The position numbers and the translations under genes were made by a program. From NCBI GenBank assembly GCA_965219445.1, contig CBDCNQ010000003.1, forward strand, positions 320,001 to 384,000: 64,000 nucleotides of DNA, in the 5' to 3' direction. Of the stretch, positions 60,586 through 64,000 are shown one piece after another; positions within the stretch are counted from its first letter, which is position 1, and every line of letters begins with the position of its first letter. Source of the DNA: Longimicrobiales bacterium (GTDB lineage Bacteria > Gemmatimonadota > Gemmatimonadetes > Longimicrobiales > Gaopeijiaceae). Below the pieces are notes generated by a model, which made no database searches, had not been told where the DNA came from, and saw only the letters and a program-made list of their open reading frames with translations.

Positions 60586-61047
60586 TTACTTCTTTCCCCG
60601 GCCGATCGCGATGTTGCGGCTCTTCGCCTCCGCAGCCTTCGGCAACCGCACGGTGAGGACCCCGTTGTCGAACTCCGCTCGGATCTCGTCGGGCTGCACT
60701 GACCTCGGCAGAGTGAACGCCCGGTGGAAGCTTCCATATCGGCGCTCCCATACGTGGTACTTGCGCCCCTCGTCTGCCTCCTCACGTGCCTCCCGCTTCT
60801 CTCCATGGATGGTTAGGATATTATTTTCGATATCGACGCTTATATCCTCTTCACGCATTCCAGGGAGTTCTGCGGTAAGCAGCAACTCATCGGCGGCTTC
60901 TTCCACGTTAACGGCAGGGATCCAAGCCCCGGTGGACTCCGGTGTATCCCAGGAATTGCCGAAAAGACCGGACAGGCGGTTCGAAAACAGGTCGAGGTCG
61001 GGCCACGACGTGAACGTGGGTCTGGGTGTATATCTCATGAGTGCCAT
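60586..61047 (-). CDS. Hsp20/alpha-crystallin small heat shock protein
   Basis: AELPG; ERRYGSFHRAFTLP; NGVLTVRLPK. Confidence 0.95.
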   Translation of the reverse strand: MALMRYTPRPTFTSWPDLDLFSNRLSGLFGNSWDTPESTGAWIPAVNVEEAADELLLTAELPGMREEDISVDIENNILTIHGEKREAREEADEGRKYHVWERRYGSFHRAFTLPRSVQPDEIRAEFDNGVLTVRLPKAAEAKSRNIAIGRGKK

Positions 61048-61100
61048 GGGATCGCTCCTTGGTTTGGTCGGTTTTGGACTGACTTCCGACGCCCAACGGG

Positions 61101-61116
61101 TGCATGAGCCGTGCCA
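61101..61116 (-). promoter_or_regulatory. Sigma54 (-24/-12) promoter of hsp20
   Basis: TGGCACGGCTCATGCA with GG-N10-GC spacing, about 55 bp upstream of the ATG. Confidence 0.7.
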
Positions 61117-61244
61117 TGCAGAAGGTACAACATTGTGTCAAAGTGGCATGGGACAACGACTTACGTCGGTGTGTGAATGCCGAAATGGCGCCTCGCCCGA
61201 TCGGCGATCTGTCGCTTTGGCGCACGCCGTAACAACGTGGACGT

Positions 61245-62306
61245 ATGAGGAGAGAGAAGACGTTGGACGATCGTGTTGATGTTGGGGTGCTCGGCGCAAC
61301 GGGCGCTGTAGGCCAAAAGCTACTCCAGTTACTGGAGAGGCACCCTTGGTTCCGTCTGGGCGAAGTCTGTGGGTCCGCGGCCTCAGTGGGGAAAACCCTC
61401 GCCGACCGTCTAGGAGCTGGTGCGGACTGGCTTTCTTCAGAGACGGCGGGGCTCCGGCTGCAAGCTCCCGACGGCCCGTGGACCTCGTCCATCCTGCTGT
61501 CGGCATTGCCCTCGGGGCCAGCCCAGGAGCTGGAAGTCCAACTGGCGGAGGCCGGCCACCTGGTCGTCAGCAACGCCTCGGCGCATCGGATGGGCGAGCG
61601 AATTCCGCTCGTCATCCCCGAGGTCAACGGTGATCACCTCGGCCTCGTCGACTGCCAGCCTTGGAAAGGCGCTCTGGTTACGAACCCCAACTGCGCCGCC
61701 GTTGGCCTCGTTGTTGCGTTGGCTCCTCTCCATGAGACCTTCGGAATCGAGCGTGTGGTTACGACGTCGTTCCAGGCGATCTCCGGAGCCGGCTTTCCCG
61801 GTCCTCCCGCATCGAGCCTGGTGGACAACGTGATTCCCTTTATCGGCGGGGAGGAGCACAAGCTCACCTGTGAGCCGCAGAAGATACTCGGGACGCTCAC
61901 CCCCGAGGGGCTGGAACCCGCAGCCTTTCCGGTGAGCGCGTCCTGTACGCGGGTACCGGTTTTGGATGGCCATCTACTCGCCGTTTCGGTGGGCCTGGCC
62001 GGCCAGCCGTCGGTCGAGGACGTGACCACAGCCTTCGAGGAATACCGAGGTTCGGAGGCGTGCAGGGACCTCCCCAGCGCGCCCGAGCGCCCGCTAGAGG
62101 TCTTGGCAGGCGACGACCGTCCGCAGCCGCGCCTCGACCGCGACCTCGGGCAGGGAATGACTGTATCGGTCGGCCGTATCCGGCCGTGTGAGGTCTTGGA
62201 TACGAAGTTCTTCGTGCTGAGCCACAACCTCGTTCGCGGTGCGGCCGGGGCAGCGCTTCTTAACGCCGAACTCTGCCACGCCCAGGGGGTCCTCGGGAGC
62301 GGCTGA
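61245..62306 (+). CDS. asd: Aspartate-semialdehyde dehydrogenase
   Basis: LGATGAVGQ; SNAS; NPNC; QAISGAG; RVPVLDGH; HNLVRGAAG. Confidence 0.95.
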   Translation: MRREKTLDDRVDVGVLGATGAVGQKLLQLLERHPWFRLGEVCGSAASVGKTLADRLGAGADWLSSETAGLRLQAPDGPWTSSILLSALPSGPAQELEVQLAEAGHLVVSNASAHRMGERIPLVIPEVNGDHLGLVDCQPWKGALVTNPNCAAVGLVVALAPLHETFGIERVVTTSFQAISGAGFPGPPASSLVDNVIPFIGGEEHKLTCEPQKILGTLTPEGLEPAAFPVSASCTRVPVLDGHLLAVSVGLAGQPSVEDVTTAFEEYRGSEACRDLPSAPERPLEVLAGDDRPQPRLDRDLGQGMTVSVGRIRPCEVLDTKFFVLSHNLVRGAAGAALLNAELCHAQGVLGSG

Positions 62307-63808
62307 TGACGGATCGACCGCTTCTAACCGAGGTTTGTGCCACCACAGAGCCGGGAGATGCCGGGGATTCCGGCTCCCACGACGAGGTGGCGGTAACGAT
62401 GCCGCGTGTGCACAAGTTCGGTGGCACGTCCGTGGACGGAGCCGAAAGGCTCCAGGCCCTCGCAGCGATCATCGGTGATCAAGAGGACCACTCCGTAGTC
62501 GTCGTTTCCGCCATGGCCGGCGTCAGCAACGAGCTGAGCCGTCTGGTGGACGCTGCGACGACCGATGACCACACGGATAAGGGAACGGATTCCGAGACGG
62601 CGCTGGCCACCTTGAAGAAGAGGCACCTGAGTGCCCTGGAGACACTCGTGAAGGAAGAGGCCGTCCGGGCCCCCGTGGCGGCACGCCTATATGAGATCTT
62701 CGAAGGTGCCACTCAACTTTTCGCCGATGGGCCGGGTGGGGAAGCCGAACGTTTCGGGGATCAGGTCATGGCCCTCGGGGAGGATCTGGCAGTCGAGCTG
62801 ACCGTGGCCGCCCTCGAGGCCGAAGGAATTCCGGCCGCAGTCCTGAACGCTCGGGATATCGTTTGGACGAATTCCGACTTCGGTGCGGCCGTGCCGGACT
62901 TCGAATCCATCCGCAAGCTGGCCCCCAGCAACATCCTTCCCCTCGTCGAAGACGGTCGCATACCCGTGATTCAAGGCTTCATCGGAAGCGAGGCCGACGG
63001 CGCGACGACCACGCTCGGCCGGGGCGGATCCGACTTCACGGCAACCCTGCTGGGTGCGGCTCTGGGCTCCCCCGAGGTCGTTATTTGGACCGACGTGGAC
63101 GGCGTCCTCTCGGGAGACCCCGGCTTGGTCCGAGATTCTAGAGTGCTCTCGGATGTTGGGTCGGAGGAGGCCGTCGAGCTCTCCTATTTCGGTGCACGCG
63201 TCATTCACCCGGCTGCGGCCAAGCACGCCATCGCGAGCGACCTTCCGCTCCGGATCAAGAACTCGTATGCACCAGAGCGGCCGGGCACGTTGATCCACTC
63301 TGATCCGGGCGAGGCGGGGACCTTCGCGGCTGTGGCCCACAAGACGGACGTGACGCTCATCCGCGTGAGGGCGTTCCCAGCGGCGCTGGCATACGGCTTT
63401 CTGGCGCGGGTCTTCGGTGTTCTGGGGCGTCACGGAGTGCCCGTCGATCTGGTGTCCACGTCTCATAGCAGTACCGCGTTTACCGTTGACCGTGACGAGG
63501 ATCTCAGCGCGGTCCGCCGTGCACTGTCGGTCTTCTCGGAGGTGGATGTGTTGAGGGACGTAGCCACGGTAACGGTGGTCGGGCGAGGTCTGCTCAGAGA
63601 GCCCGGGATGGACGCCCTCGTCTTCTGGGCAGTAGAGAAGACCCCGGTCTATCTGATTTCCCAGGCTTCTGACGTCAGCATCAGCTTTGTGGTCGACGAT
63701 GCAGAAGCTCCGGAGCTTGTGCGCAGACTCCATCTCTCCCTCATCGAGTTGAAGGAAGGGGGACGGGAAGGAGAACCGTCGAAGGAGCAGAAAGGGGATC
63801 GGCGATGA
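62306..63808 (+). CDS. lysC: Aspartate kinase; true start may be 62399
   Basis: KFGGTSV; VSAM; TLGRGGSD; WTDVDG; C-terminal ACT domains. Confidence 0.93.
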   Translation: MTDRPLLTEVCATTEPGDAGDSGSHDEVAVTMPRVHKFGGTSVDGAERLQALAAIIGDQEDHSVVVVSAMAGVSNELSRLVDAATTDDHTDKGTDSETALATLKKRHLSALETLVKEEAVRAPVAARLYEIFEGATQLFADGPGGEAERFGDQVMALGEDLAVELTVAALEAEGIPAAVLNARDIVWTNSDFGAAVPDFESIRKLAPSNILPLVEDGRIPVIQGFIGSEADGATTTLGRGGSDFTATLLGAALGSPEVVIWTDVDGVLSGDPGLVRDSRVLSDVGSEEAVELSYFGARVIHPAAAKHAIASDLPLRIKNSYAPERPGTLIHSDPGEAGTFAAVAHKTDVTLIRVRAFPAALAYGFLARVFGVLGRHGVPVDLVSTSHSSTAFTVDRDEDLSAVRRALSVFSEVDVLRDVATVTVVGRGLLREPGMDALVFWAVEKTPVYLISQASDVSISFVVDDAEAPELVRRLHLSLIELKEGGREGEPSKEQKGDRR

Positions 63809-64000
63809 AGCTGGCGCTCGTGGGATACGGCAAGATGGGGCACGCCGTCGAGGAGATGGCGATGGAAAGCGGCCACGAGGTGGTCGCTAGGATCGATCCC
63901 ACCTTGGACACAGGCGACATCGACGCCGAAACGTTGGGAGGTGCCGACGTGGCCATCGAGTTCACAGTGCAGGGGGTCGCCGTGGACAATATCACTGCAC
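63805..64000 (+). CDS. dapB: 4-hydroxy-tetrahydrodipicolinate reductase, partial
   Basis: My translation: MKLALVGYGKMGHAVEE…ADVAIEFT; ATGA overlap with lysC. Confidence 0.88.
   Translation, partial: MKLALVGYGKMGHAVEEMAMESGHEVVARIDPTLDTGDIDAETLGGADVAIEFTVQGVAVDNITA

Overview
High-GC bacterial chromosome segment. The gene repertoire and protein styles suggest Gemmatimonadota (inference, not tested). 1-32.9 kb is accessory metabolism: Tat-exported PhoD-like phosphatase, a TetR-controlled MMPL/LolA-like/outer-membrane module, two PQQ-type dehydrogenases, a PaoABC-like molybdoenzyme, and an Fe-S/cofactor cluster. That cluster holds NfuA, ATP-grasp, DUF2203, orphan sufB, two TenA, moaA and a radical SAM gene whose apparent stop reads as a selenocysteine UGA (C-U-A-E-P). 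32.9-45.5 kb is an integration hotspot anchored on tRNA-Lys(TTT). It has a 42-bp tRNA 3' duplication and four same-orientation copies of an att-arm-like repeat, each heading a different cargo. It also has a group IIC intron inserted behind the terminator of one copy, an integrase remnant, a probable integron-type cassette and further att-like scars. 45.5-50 kb holds two paralogous LamG/PKD lipoproteins with duplicated promoters, RBS-sequestering leaders and poly-Asp tails. 50-64 kb is housekeeping: rnhB, rplS, trmD, rimM, rpsP with a very long tail, ffh, purA, DapA-like, PilT, trpS, suhB, Hsp20, asd, lysC and partial dapB. All calls come from reading motifs by eye; no database searches were run.
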